A model generated the notes under the pieces. It worked only from the letters and a program-made list of their open reading frames with translations. It did no database searches and was not told where the DNA came from. Below are positions 1 through 6,688 of a stretch of DNA of 19,644 nt, in pieces; the first letter of the stretch is position 1, and every line of letters begins with the position of its first letter. The position numbers were made by a program, and so were the translations under genes. The stretch comes from a virus. Its lineage: Duplodnaviria; Heunggongvirae; Uroviricota; Caudoviricetes. The stretch is taken from positions 1 to 19,644 of the IMG/VR virus record IMGVR_UViG_2648501186_000019, one strand, 5' to 3'.

Positions 1-273
1 ATGAACATCGGTAAAGCAATCATCAACTACGCAGCACGTCGCAACATGGACATTACCTTGATTGACGATGAGACCGTGGCGTTCTGGGAAGCGGATAACG
101 ATTGTGAATGGATGTTCTCCTACATGATTGGTAATGATGGTTTCCTCCACTTTAAAGGGAATGTGTATCTGCCGCAGGAGATTAAAGAAGAATTACCAGC
201 GTGCATCGATACAGACAAGAAGCTGAAAGAAGTAATCAACTTTATCGCAAACGAGTTTATCAGCAAGAAGTAA
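1..273 (+). CDS. hypothetical protein (90 aa); ATG at window position 1, so the true start may lie upstream
   Basis: Open frame 1-273 ending in TAA at 271-273. No recognisable motifs. The antisense ORF 120-581 is judged spurious. Confidence 0.45.
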   Translation: MNIGKAIINYAARRNMDITLIDDETVAFWEADNDCEWMFSYMIGNDGFLHFKGNVYLPQEIKEELPACIDTDKKLKEVINFIANEFISKK

Positions 274-285
274 GGCAGCAAAACA

Positions 286-672
286 ATGTTCAATATCATG
301 ACTCGTAAATTTGGTGAGATGACTTTCGAGAAAGCTGGTGTTGCTCGTACCGAAGAAGAAGCAATGGCCTTAGTTCTGGTAGCACTGAGATCATCAACTG
401 AGATTATCGACGCTGAATATGTAGCCGCAGAAGGTGAGATTAACGAGATTAAAGCGGTGGCTAAGGAATTAGGTGTTAAAGGTTTCCGTAAGCTGAGACT
501 ATCCCGCGAGTCATATGTAATTGGTAAGCAAGGACAATACCTAGATGAGAATACCGTGATTATTCTACTGAATAAGATCACCCGCTATGGTTTCCAGATT
601 GAGCAATATAAAACGTGTTTCGAATTATACGAAAAAGGTTTGCTGGATACTCTGACCATCGTTCGCGCTTAA
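286..672 (+). CDS. hypothetical protein (128 aa)
   Basis: ATG at 286 follows the upstream stop by 12 nt with an AAGG Shine-Dalgarno-like sequence. Acidic, probably helical, no recognisable motifs. Confidence 0.55.
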   Translation: MFNIMTRKFGEMTFEKAGVARTEEEAMALVLVALRSSTEIIDAEYVAAEGEINEIKAVAKELGVKGFRKLRLSRESYVIGKQGQYLDENTVIILLNKITRYGFQIEQYKTCFELYEKGLLDTLTIVRA

Positions 673-686
673 TTAATTTCTAATTT

Positions 687-712
687 GGTGGGTGCAATTC
701 CCACCGCTTTTT
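687..712 (+). terminator. rho-independent terminator candidate
   Basis: Stem GGTGGG (687-692) pairs with CCCACC (700-705) around a 7-nt loop, followed by GCTTTTT (706-712), directly after the 128-aa ORF stop. Confidence 0.55.
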
Positions 713-729
713 AAACTGGAGAATCAAAC

Positions 730-810
730 ATGTTAGCTTTTATCTCATTCGTGGGAGGTAGTCTCACAACCATGATTAGTCTTTCTTATATTGTCGTTAG
801 TATGGGGTGA
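730..810 (+). CDS. speculative small hydrophobic peptide (26 aa, MLAFISFVGGSLTTMISLSYIVVSMG)
   Basis: ATG at 730 preceded by GGAG (717-720); the whole peptide is hydrophobic. Below the length cutoff of the ORF track. Confidence 0.2.
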   Translation: MLAFISFVGGSLTTMISLSYIVVSMG

Positions 811-813
811 GCA

Positions 814-939
814 ATGAAACAATTTCATGATGGCATTTCATCTAAGACATTCAAGAAAGAATATAGCGGATTGTGTATTAACTGGATTGATTTGATTGGT
901 GCGGTTGTGTTTGGTCTGGTAATTAGCATCAATTTTTAA
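814..939 (+). CDS. speculative small membrane peptide (41 aa) with a C-terminal hydrophobic helix
   Basis: ATG at 814, stop TAA at 937-939. Sequence MKQFHDGISSKTFKKEYSGLCINWIDLIGAVVFGLVISINF has a polar N-terminus and a C-terminal transmembrane-like segment. Confidence 0.25.
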   Translation: MKQFHDGISSKTFKKEYSGLCINWIDLIGAVVFGLVISINF

Positions 940-942
940 CGA

Positions 943-959
943 TATAAATATATCGTAAT
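943..959 (+). promoter_or_regulatory. TATAAATA box within the palindrome CGATATAAATATATCG; candidate phage (late-type) promoter
   Basis: TATAAATA at 943-950 lies 30 nt upstream of ATG 981, with the AAGAGGA Shine-Dalgarno sequence in between. The 15-nt string TAAATATATCGTAAT (945-959) recurs exactly on the - strand at 15881-15895. Confidence 0.35.
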
Positions 960-980
960 TCATTCAAAGAGGATTCAATT

Positions 981-1322
981 ATGAAAAAGACTATCTACGC
1001 AATTATTGTTTCTGTGTGTGTTGGTGGCATCGGTGGATTTGTTTGTGGGTATGACTATTCCGATACTCAACATCAAGAGACTATCCGGTCAAATAAGGCC
1101 GAGATTAAGGATCTGAATCAGGAGATTAGCCAGTTAGAAAATGCTCTCTCACTCAAAGACAGTGAATATAGCGAGGTTTATGCAGATAAACAAAAATATT
1201 GGAAAGAGAAAGATAATCTCGTTGTTTACGGGATGAAATTGTGTAAGAGCATGAAGGACGAGCGCAGTTGTTTAATGGAACTTGCCCTTAAAGGTAACGT
1301 GACCATCGACTTCAAAGACTAA
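981..1322 (+). CDS. membrane-anchored coiled-coil protein (113 aa); function unknown
   Basis: Strong RBS AAGAGGA. N-terminal hydrophobic helix (IYAIIVSVCVGGIGGFVCG) followed by a heptad-like charged region and two C-terminal Cys. No lipobox. Confidence 0.6.
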   Translation: MKKTIYAIIVSVCVGGIGGFVCGYDYSDTQHQETIRSNKAEIKDLNQEISQLENALSLKDSEYSEVYADKQKYWKEKDNLVVYGMKLCKSMKDERSCLMELALKGNVTIDFKD

Positions 1323-1351
1323 TTAATTCAAATAACAAAGAGGATTCTATT

Positions 1352-1597
1352 ATGAAAAAGATTATCGCTGGTGTTGTTCTTGCTCTGGGTTTGGTTGGTG
1401 CTGCTAATGCGGATCAATATGTACAGGGTGATAGTGTCAAGCGTGCTGCCGTTGCACCTTCTTTAAATCAACTGTGTACTGAATTAGCACAGGTTGCCGG
1501 AGTTGGTGACGATGACGACTTTATTACTGCGTGTGTATGGAGTCATATCGAGGATATTAATAAACGTGATGCAAAACTAACTGGAAAGAAATATTAA
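1352..1597 (+). CDS. small secreted protein with a Sec-type signal peptide (81 aa)
   Basis: RBS AAAGAGGATTC nearly identical to that of the preceding gene. N-terminus MKKIIAGVVLALGLVGAANA|DQ resembles a signal peptidase I substrate; no lipobox Cys. The mature part has two Cys and a DDDD patch. Confidence 0.6.
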   Translation: MKKIIAGVVLALGLVGAANADQYVQGDSVKRAAVAPSLNQLCTELAQVAGVGDDDDFITACVWSHIEDINKRDAKLTGKKY

Positions 1598-1613
1598 TGA
1601 CTTACTAACCAAT

Positions 1614-1650
1614 GCCCCTATCGTTATAATACACGGTAGGGGCGTTTTTG
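1614..1650 (+). terminator. rho-independent terminator candidate upstream of the recombinase gene
   Basis: Stem GCCCCTATCG pairs with CGGTAGGGGC (one G-U pair) around a 10-nt loop containing TTATAAT, followed by GTTTTTGTTT. Confidence 0.55.
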
Positions 1651-1662
1651 TTTGGAAATGGT

Positions 1663-3342
1663 ATGAAAACTAAACTGTATTCGTATATTCGCTTCTCTTC
1701 AATGAAGCAAGCGGATGGTAGTTCTTATGAACGCCAAAAGAGAACAGCCGCAGAGATAGCCGCAAAATATGACCTTGAACTGGTTACTTCCTATCAGGAT
1801 TTTGGTGTATCTGCATTCAAAGGGGCTAACAGTAGAACAGGTGCATTATCTCGTTTTCTGGATGAAATTGGTCGATCCGTTCCGGTTGGTAGCTGGCTGG
1901 TTGTGGAAAACTTAGACCGTATCTCTCGCCAATCCATCATTGAAGCACAAGAGCTATTTCTCTCGATTATCCGTAGGGGAATAACTATCGTAACTGGCAT
2001 GGATGGTAAGGTCTATAGCAAGGAATCGGTTAATGCCAATCCTATTGATTTGCTGTTGAGTGTCATGTTGTTTGCGAGAGCTAACGAGGAAAGTCAGACT
2101 AAGCGCAATCGTACTAACTCAAGCGCATTGATTAAGATTAAAGCTCATCAAGAAAATCCACAAAATCCGGCTGTTGCAATCGAGGAAATTGGAAAGAATA
2201 TGTGGTGGACTGATACCACATCTGGTTATGTGCTTCCTCATCCGGTCTTCTTCCCTATTGTTCAGGAGGTTGTGGAATTACGCAGGAATGGACGGTCAAC
2301 CGCCGAGATACTGGATCACCTTAACGCGACATACACACCACCACCAGCCGCAAGTCACAAGAGGCATTCAAACTGGTCACGGGCAATGATTGAAAGGTTG
2401 TTCCATACCCGCGCTTTGATTGGTATCAAGGAAATCTCTGTAGATGGCGTTAAGTATGAGTTAAAGGATTATTATCCTCGTGTGCTAGATGACGCTGAGT
2501 TTTATCACCTTAAGAAAAGCATTGGTGTTAGAGCATGTAACTATGGAGACAAGGAAGAAGTTAAACCTATTCCCTTGCTTAGTGGTGTTGGTCTATTGAA
2601 ATGTGAACATTGCGGTTCCGCTATGGTTAAGGTGAAAGGAACTAACAAACGTCCTAACCAATATCGTTATTCATGCGATGCAATGCGCTCTAGTCGTATT
2701 GCATGTGTGCATACAAACTGGAGTTTTCGAGGTGATCAATTAGAGAAAGCTGTATTGCAATTGCTGGCTGATAAAATCTGGATTGCTGAGGATAAGGCTA
2801 ATCCGGTTCCGGCTTTGAAAGTACAGATTGATGAAATATCACGCAAGATTGATAACCTGATTACCCTTTCTGCTATGACAGGAGCAACGAAGGAGTTAGC
2901 CGACCAGATTACTACCCTCAATAGCGAGCGTGAAACACTCTACAATCAGATTAAGATGGCAGAAGAGGAAATGTATTCTGTGGACTCTCAAGGCTGGGAG
3001 AAGCTCGCAGAATTTGATTTAGAAGATGTTTATAACGAGGATCGCATTAAGGTCCGGTTTAAGATTAAGCAAGCTCTAAAACGGATCGGGTGTAGCAGGA
3101 TTGACAAATACAAAAACTTGTTTGTACTGGAATACATTGATGGTAAGACCCAGAGAGTTGTAATAGAAAATTCAAGAGGACCGAGGAAAGGCCGGATCTT
3201 CGTTGATTTGAAGACCATCAATGATAGGCAGATTCTGGAGAGTAACGGGCTTGTTTTGCATCCATGTTTAGACATGCTGACAGATAAGAACTGGAAACCA
3301 GAAGAGGAAATACCAGGTCCATTACAGGAATTTGGAATTTAA
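1663..3342 (+). CDS. large serine recombinase (serine integrase/resolvase family), 559 aa from ATG 1663
   Basis: N-terminal catalytic motif YSYIRFSSMKQ...SYERQ (Y-x-R-x-S nucleophile region), a large central domain, a Cys-rich zinc-ribbon-like segment (CEHCGS...YSCD...IACVH) and a coiled-coil-like stretch. The track start at 1648 is TTG; ATG 1663 is preferred. Confidence 0.9.
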   Translation: MKTKLYSYIRFSSMKQADGSSYERQKRTAAEIAAKYDLELVTSYQDFGVSAFKGANSRTGALSRFLDEIGRSVPVGSWLVVENLDRISRQSIIEAQELFLSIIRRGITIVTGMDGKVYSKESVNANPIDLLLSVMLFARANEESQTKRNRTNSSALIKIKAHQENPQNPAVAIEEIGKNMWWTDTTSGYVLPHPVFFPIVQEVVELRRNGRSTAEILDHLNATYTPPPAASHKRHSNWSRAMIERLFHTRALIGIKEISVDGVKYELKDYYPRVLDDAEFYHLKKSIGVRACNYGDKEEVKPIPLLSGVGLLKCEHCGSAMVKVKGTNKRPNQYRYSCDAMRSSRIACVHTNWSFRGDQLEKAVLQLLADKIWIAEDKANPVPALKVQIDEISRKIDNLITLSAMTGATKELADQITTLNSERETLYNQIKMAEEEMYSVDSQGWEKLAEFDLEDVYNEDRIKVRFKIKQALKRIGCSRIDKYKNLFVLEYIDGKTQRVVIENSRGPRKGRIFVDLKTINDRQILESNGLVLHPCLDMLTDKNWKPEEEIPGPLQEFGI

Positions 3343-3380
3343 GCGGCCTAAATCGACGTATAACGAGCTAAAATAGTTAA

Positions 3381-3403
3381 GGGGTACAGATGTACCCCTT
3401 TTT
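3381..3403 (+). terminator. rho-independent terminator after the recombinase gene
   Basis: GGGGTAC (3381-3387), loop AGAT, GTACCCC (3392-3398), then TTTTT (3399-3403). Confidence 0.7.
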
Positions 3404-3437
3404 AATTTAATTGCGTTAGGCAGCGTAAGCAAGTTTC

Positions 3438-3474
3438 ATAGTAGTTTCCTCTAAAATAATAAGTTCACTACTAT
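3438..3474. repeat. inverted repeat ATAGTAGT / ACTACTAT with a 21-nt AT-rich spacer; CACTACT-like motif recurs at about 3492-3502 and 3559-3568
   Basis: Direct reading of the recombinase-helicase intergenic region; the two arms are exact reverse complements. Confidence 0.45.
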
Positions 3475-3618
3475 TTATCAGAGAAAATTGTCTTACTATT
3501 GCATTCTCTATCTGGATGTGGGTATAGGCGGGATTGAATACGGCAAAACTGAAACATTCCACTACTGCAATAAATCACTAAACAATATAAAGAATATTGC
3601 AAGTGTGGAGTGGAACTA

Positions 3619-5109
3619 ATGCAAGATATTAAAATTCATTTTCAAGATTACAGTTTCGTTAAGGTTGATTGCTCTCCTTCTATCGGAATGGAATTAAGAG
3701 ATTATTTCTCGTTTGAGGTTGAAGGGGCTAGGTTTAGCCCCCGTTACAAGTATTCTGGCTGGGATGGACGAATAAGACTGTTTACGCATGAAAACACCCT
3801 ACCAATTGGACTATTAAAAACGTTGGGTGTCTTCGTTAAAAATATGGGCTATTCAGTCTGGATTGACCCCAGATTGCTTGAGAAGGAAGATGTAACCAAA
3901 GACGCGATTAATGAATGGATTGATTCCTTAGAAGTGTATTCCGGTAGCAATAAAATCAATCCTTATTGGTATCAAAGGGAGGCAGTCTTTCAGGGTATCC
4001 ACAATCGCCGTAGAATGCTGGTTCTTCCTACCAGTGCCGGAAAGTCATTGATTGCTTGTATGCTGTCTCGTTGGTACTTAGAGAACTACACCGGAAAAGT
4101 GTTAATCATTGTTCCGACTACATCGCTAGTGGTTCAAATGAGGGATGATTTCATCGATTATAGGCTATTCCCTTATGAAGCAATTCATACAATGATGAGT
4201 GGTAGCGGGAAACATCCGGGAGACAGGTTAATCACGGTTAGTACATGGCAATCAGCGTGCAAGATGCCTCCTGAATGGTTCAAACAATATGGAATGTTGA
4301 TAGTTGATGAATCGCATAAGGCTAGTGCCAAAAATATTACCAATATCATTAACGGAATGAATCATTGCCAATTTAAGATCGGCATGACTGGTTCCCCTAA
4401 AGAATCAAAATGCCATCTTTTACAGTATGTCGGACTTTTCGGTGATATTTCTAAGATCGTGAGTATTGACCGCCTGATGGAAGAAGGGCAGGTGACAAAA
4501 CTGAAAATTAACTGTCTTTTCCTTCGTTATACCGATGAGGAATGTAGCGCGGTTAAGGGGCGAGAATATGCGGAAGAGATCAAGTATATTACATCTAACC
4601 CACGACGAAATAAGTTTGCTTGCAATTTGGCGCTAAAACTCGCTAAGAAGGGCGAAAACGTATTCCTGATGTTCCGCAATACTAAGCACGGAAAACTTAT
4701 GTATGATGCGTTACAGAAGGTACACGACAAGGTTTATTATATTGACGGTGGAGTTAAGACAGAAGAACGAGACGAGTTCAAAAAATTAGCGGAAGGGGAA
4801 ACAGGGATCATTTGCGTTGCATCCTATGGTGTGTTCTCTACTGGTGTTTCCATCAAGAACTTGCATCATGTTATTTTCGGTCATCCAGTGAAGGAATCAA
4901 CTATCGTTCGTCAGAGTATCGGTCGTGCATTGCGTAAACATGGTTCTAAGGATATTGCAACGGTCTGGGATCTTATAGATCATTTGTGTATATTCGGTCG
5001 TAACGGAAAAGTCAAGCATAAAAATTATGCGGTAAAACATGCACTTGAGAGAATCCGCTATTATTTGACCGACAAGTTCAGCTATGCAACTAAAACAATT
5101 GCTATATAA
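3619..5109 (+). CDS. uvsW: SF2 DNA helicase of the T4 UvsW type (497 aa from ATG 3619)
   Basis: Walker A LPTSAGKS, DExH box LIVDESHKA, motif III-like TGSP, C-terminal helicase motifs (VASYGVFSTGVSIKNLHHV, QSIGRALRKHGSK). The N-terminus MQDIKIHFQDYSFVKVDC and overall pattern track the T4 UvsW sequence as I recall it. RBS GGAG 8 nt upstream of ATG 3619; the track start at 3610 is GTG. Confidence 0.85.
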   Translation: MQDIKIHFQDYSFVKVDCSPSIGMELRDYFSFEVEGARFSPRYKYSGWDGRIRLFTHENTLPIGLLKTLGVFVKNMGYSVWIDPRLLEKEDVTKDAINEWIDSLEVYSGSNKINPYWYQREAVFQGIHNRRRMLVLPTSAGKSLIACMLSRWYLENYTGKVLIIVPTTSLVVQMRDDFIDYRLFPYEAIHTMMSGSGKHPGDRLITVSTWQSACKMPPEWFKQYGMLIVDESHKASAKNITNIINGMNHCQFKIGMTGSPKESKCHLLQYVGLFGDISKIVSIDRLMEEGQVTKLKINCLFLRYTDEECSAVKGREYAEEIKYITSNPRRNKFACNLALKLAKKGENVFLMFRNTKHGKLMYDALQKVHDKVYYIDGGVKTEERDEFKKLAEGETGIICVASYGVFSTGVSIKNLHHVIFGHPVKESTIVRQSIGRALRKHGSKDIATVWDLIDHLCIFGRNGKVKHKNYAVKHALERIRYYLTDKFSYATKTIAI

Positions 5110-5110
5110 C

Positions 5111-5140
5111 AAAAAAAGCGCCCACTAGAGGCGCTTTAAT
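5111..5140. terminator. bidirectional rho-independent terminator between convergent helicase and endolysin genes
   Basis: A-tract, stem AGCGCC (5117-5122), 7-nt loop, GGCGCT (5130-5135), T-rich tail; reads as hairpin plus U-tract on both strands. Confidence 0.6.
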
Positions 5141-5141
5141 T

Positions 5142-5495
5142 TTATCCATGCCAGCGTGATTTTTTCGATCTGGAATCGATATGCGTAAAGGTTTTATATT
5201 TGCCTAAGCCGTATTGAGTAGGATATTTCCCATCAAGATAAGCATGGACAATATCAGGAGAAATTCCTTTCACTGATATGTCGGCCGCACGGCCTCGAAC
5301 ATGATAGCTATTGGTTGCACCGCCTACATTCTTGTTATGAGTCGGACAACGGTTCCCGCTGTTAATAATTACTGGTTTCCCGAAGTGTTCGCGTACATCC
5401 TCAAGAATTACCAGCAGTTCAGCGTCGATAGTATCATAATCACATTTTCCGCATTTACATTTAAATTCCTTGCGAGAAAAATGCTTGCTTAACAT
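5142..5495 (-). CDS. endolysin, zinc peptidase M15 family (L-alanyl-D-glutamate peptidase / D-Ala-D-Ala carboxypeptidase-like), 117 aa
   Basis: H-x6-D zinc motif (SYHVRGRAADI) and downstream His (FTHID), as in Peptidase_M15 endolysins. ATG at 5495 has a strong AGGGGG Shine-Dalgarno sequence; the track start at 5531 is TTG. No signal peptide visible. Confidence 0.8.
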   Translation of the reverse strand: MLSKHFSRKEFKCKCGKCDYDTIDAELLVILEDVREHFGKPVIINSGNRCPTHNKNVGGATNSYHVRGRAADISVKGISPDIVHAYLDGKYPTQYGLGKYKTFTHIDSRSKKSRWHG

Positions 5496-5505
5496 ATTAC
5501 CCCCT

Positions 5506-5853
5506 TTAGATGTATTGCATAAGATACCCAATAAATCTGAGTCCCTTAATGTAATAAGGTGCTGTGCCTATGCATACCGCTCGTGCATCACCAATACAAT
5601 TGAAGTTGTAAGGGTTAACTACATCAATCTCCTGCCCTACACGGAAGCGGTATTTAGGACGTTTAGCGAGTGTCGCAACACAAAACACTAACCCGTTACC
5701 ATCATCGCGGATCATTTGCTTGAATTGTTTATGCTTTACTCTCTTCGCCTCGTAATCAAGTGTCATTGATTCAGGGCTAATGCCATTGATAAAAATACCG
5801 GAAAGCTGGTCGACCGGATAAGTAGGAAATTCAGTGAAAATATTTTTAGCCAT
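5506..5853 (-). CDS. hypothetical protein (115 aa), translationally coupled to the endolysin
   Basis: Strong GGGGGT Shine-Dalgarno sequence before ATG 5853; the stop is 10 nt before the endolysin ATG. No TM segment and no recognised motif; three Cys. Confidence 0.6.
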   Translation of the reverse strand: MAKNIFTEFPTYPVDQLSGIFINGISPESMTLDYEAKRVKHKQFKQMIRDDGNGLVFCVATLAKRPKYRFRVGQEIDVVNPYNFNCIGDARAVCIGTAPYYIKGLRFIGYLMQYI

Positions 5854-5891
5854 GTTATACCCCCATAAGATTCTATGAGGGTATTTATGGA

Positions 5892-6497
5892 TTAAACGAA
5901 GTTGATTTTACCCATGAAGTGCTTTTTCATCTTCTTCTGGATATTCTTCTTCATCGTTTTCTCATTATCTTTCCAACTACCCATGATGTTACTACGGTCT
6001 GTTTTCTTCAACACTGCAACAAGTCGCTTCCCTAGCTTTTTCTTGTTCTTCATGTCGGCTTTAACGGATGGATCGAGAAGCAGTATTTTACCAGTCTTAG
6101 ATTTTGTGGTTACATACTTCCCTATTTTCTTACCGTTTCTGAGTTGTGGAATGTTACCAAACTGGTTAGTTCGGTCATCAGTTACAGGAACAAATTTCTC
6201 AATATTATTACCACCTTCAAAGTAATATTTTAAGTATTTTTCCTGATTCTTCATGATGAAAACACTATGGTAAGACGTTTTACCGCTTGAGCGTATCCGG
6301 TTGTATGAATTGACCGCTTTCTGTGTGAACTTGGTCGGTCGATCTATCCTTGAATTGACTTTCTTCTGCAACTTTACCCGCTCATCTATGACCGCTAAAC
6401 CCAAATCCCTATGAAAGCTATTACTAGCTTTCTGTTTCCAACTCTTGATATCTTTTTTTACTTTATCAATATTGGATGTGATTATTGGATTAGCCAT
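5892..6497 (-). CDS. highly basic lysine-rich protein (201 aa), function unknown
   Basis: AGGGGG Shine-Dalgarno sequence; ATG 6497 lies 1 nt after the upstream stop. Very Lys-rich with a poly-basic C-terminus (KKNIQKKMKKHFMGK). Confidence 0.6.
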   Translation of the reverse strand: MANPIITSNIDKVKKDIKSWKQKASNSFHRDLGLAVIDERVKLQKKVNSRIDRPTKFTQKAVNSYNRIRSSGKTSYHSVFIMKNQEKYLKYYFEGGNNIEKFVPVTDDRTNQFGNIPQLRNGKKIGKYVTTKSKTGKILLLDPSVKADMKNKKKLGKRLVAVLKKTDRSNIMGSWKDNEKTMKKNIQKKMKKHFMGKINFV

Positions 6498-6498
6498 G

Positions 6499-6669
6499 TT
6501 AGCCCCCTAATAACGAAAAGACCCCCGCCAGTGTCCTTAGCAATTGTTCATCCACGGTCATAGCCGGGAGTTCAAGCCCAAAGGACGTTAGCAGAGGTCT
6601 AATTGCTACGTTATAAGTGAGGGCGACAATCAAGAGATAACCAAAATATTTCTTAAGTTTATTCTTCAT
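6499..6669 (-). CDS. small membrane protein (56 aa from ATG 6669); holin-like or immunity candidate
   Basis: AAGGGG Shine-Dalgarno sequence 7 nt before ATG 6669. Sequence MKNKLKKYFGYLLIVALTYNVAIRPLL... has a basic N-terminus and one or two hydrophobic helices; no lipobox. Confidence 0.45.
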   Translation of the reverse strand: MKNKLKKYFGYLLIVALTYNVAIRPLLTSFGLELPAMTVDEQLLRTLAGVFSLLGG

Positions 6670-6688
6670 ATATTCACCCCTTTTATTA

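Noticed and set aside
120-581. 153-aa ORF on the - strand overlapping the 90-aa and 128-aa + strand genes
   Set aside because: Antisense to two better-supported ORFs, no Shine-Dalgarno sequence, low-complexity Ser/Leu-rich translation typical of a shadow frame.
981-1322. Embedded o-spanin (Rz1-like) gene within the 113-aa membrane coiled-coil gene
   Set aside because: Alternative frames across 981-1322 contain no ORF with a start codon and lipobox; the following 81-aa protein has a signal peptidase I site, not a lipoprotein signal.
1624-1630. TTATAAT in the loop of the 1614-1650 hairpin as a sigma70 -10 element
   Set aside because: No acceptable -35 element or TG extension at the right spacing; probably coincidental AT-rich loop sequence.
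1648-1662. Track start (TTG at 1648) for the recombinase
   Set aside because: It lies inside the terminator U-tract. ATG 1663 gives the canonical distance to the catalytic Ser motif, so the first five codons are probably not translated.
1794-3275. Short ORFs inside the recombinase gene (1794-2000 -, 2174-2389 +, 2736-2921 -, 3030-3275 -)
   Set aside because: All nested within or antisense to a strongly supported 559-aa CDS; no independent signals.
3499-3528. Possible sigma70 promoter TTGCAT-N18-TATAGG upstream of the helicase gene
   Set aside because: Only a partial match to both hexamers and it would leave a 90-nt leader; kept as an idea but too weak to annotate.
4527-5112. Antisense ORFs within the helicase gene (4527-4730 -, 4897-5112 -)
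   Set aside because: Shadow ORFs opposite a helicase with intact conserved motifs.
5301-5691. + strand ORFs 5301-5492 and 5470-5691 overlapping the endolysin and 115-aa genes
   Set aside because: Antisense to genes with strong Shine-Dalgarno sequences and catalytic motifs; no start context.
5902-6225. 107-aa + strand ORF with a Phe/Leu-rich translation opposite the 201-aa gene
   Set aside because: Mirror image of the Lys-rich (AAA/AAG) coding strand; compositional artefact.
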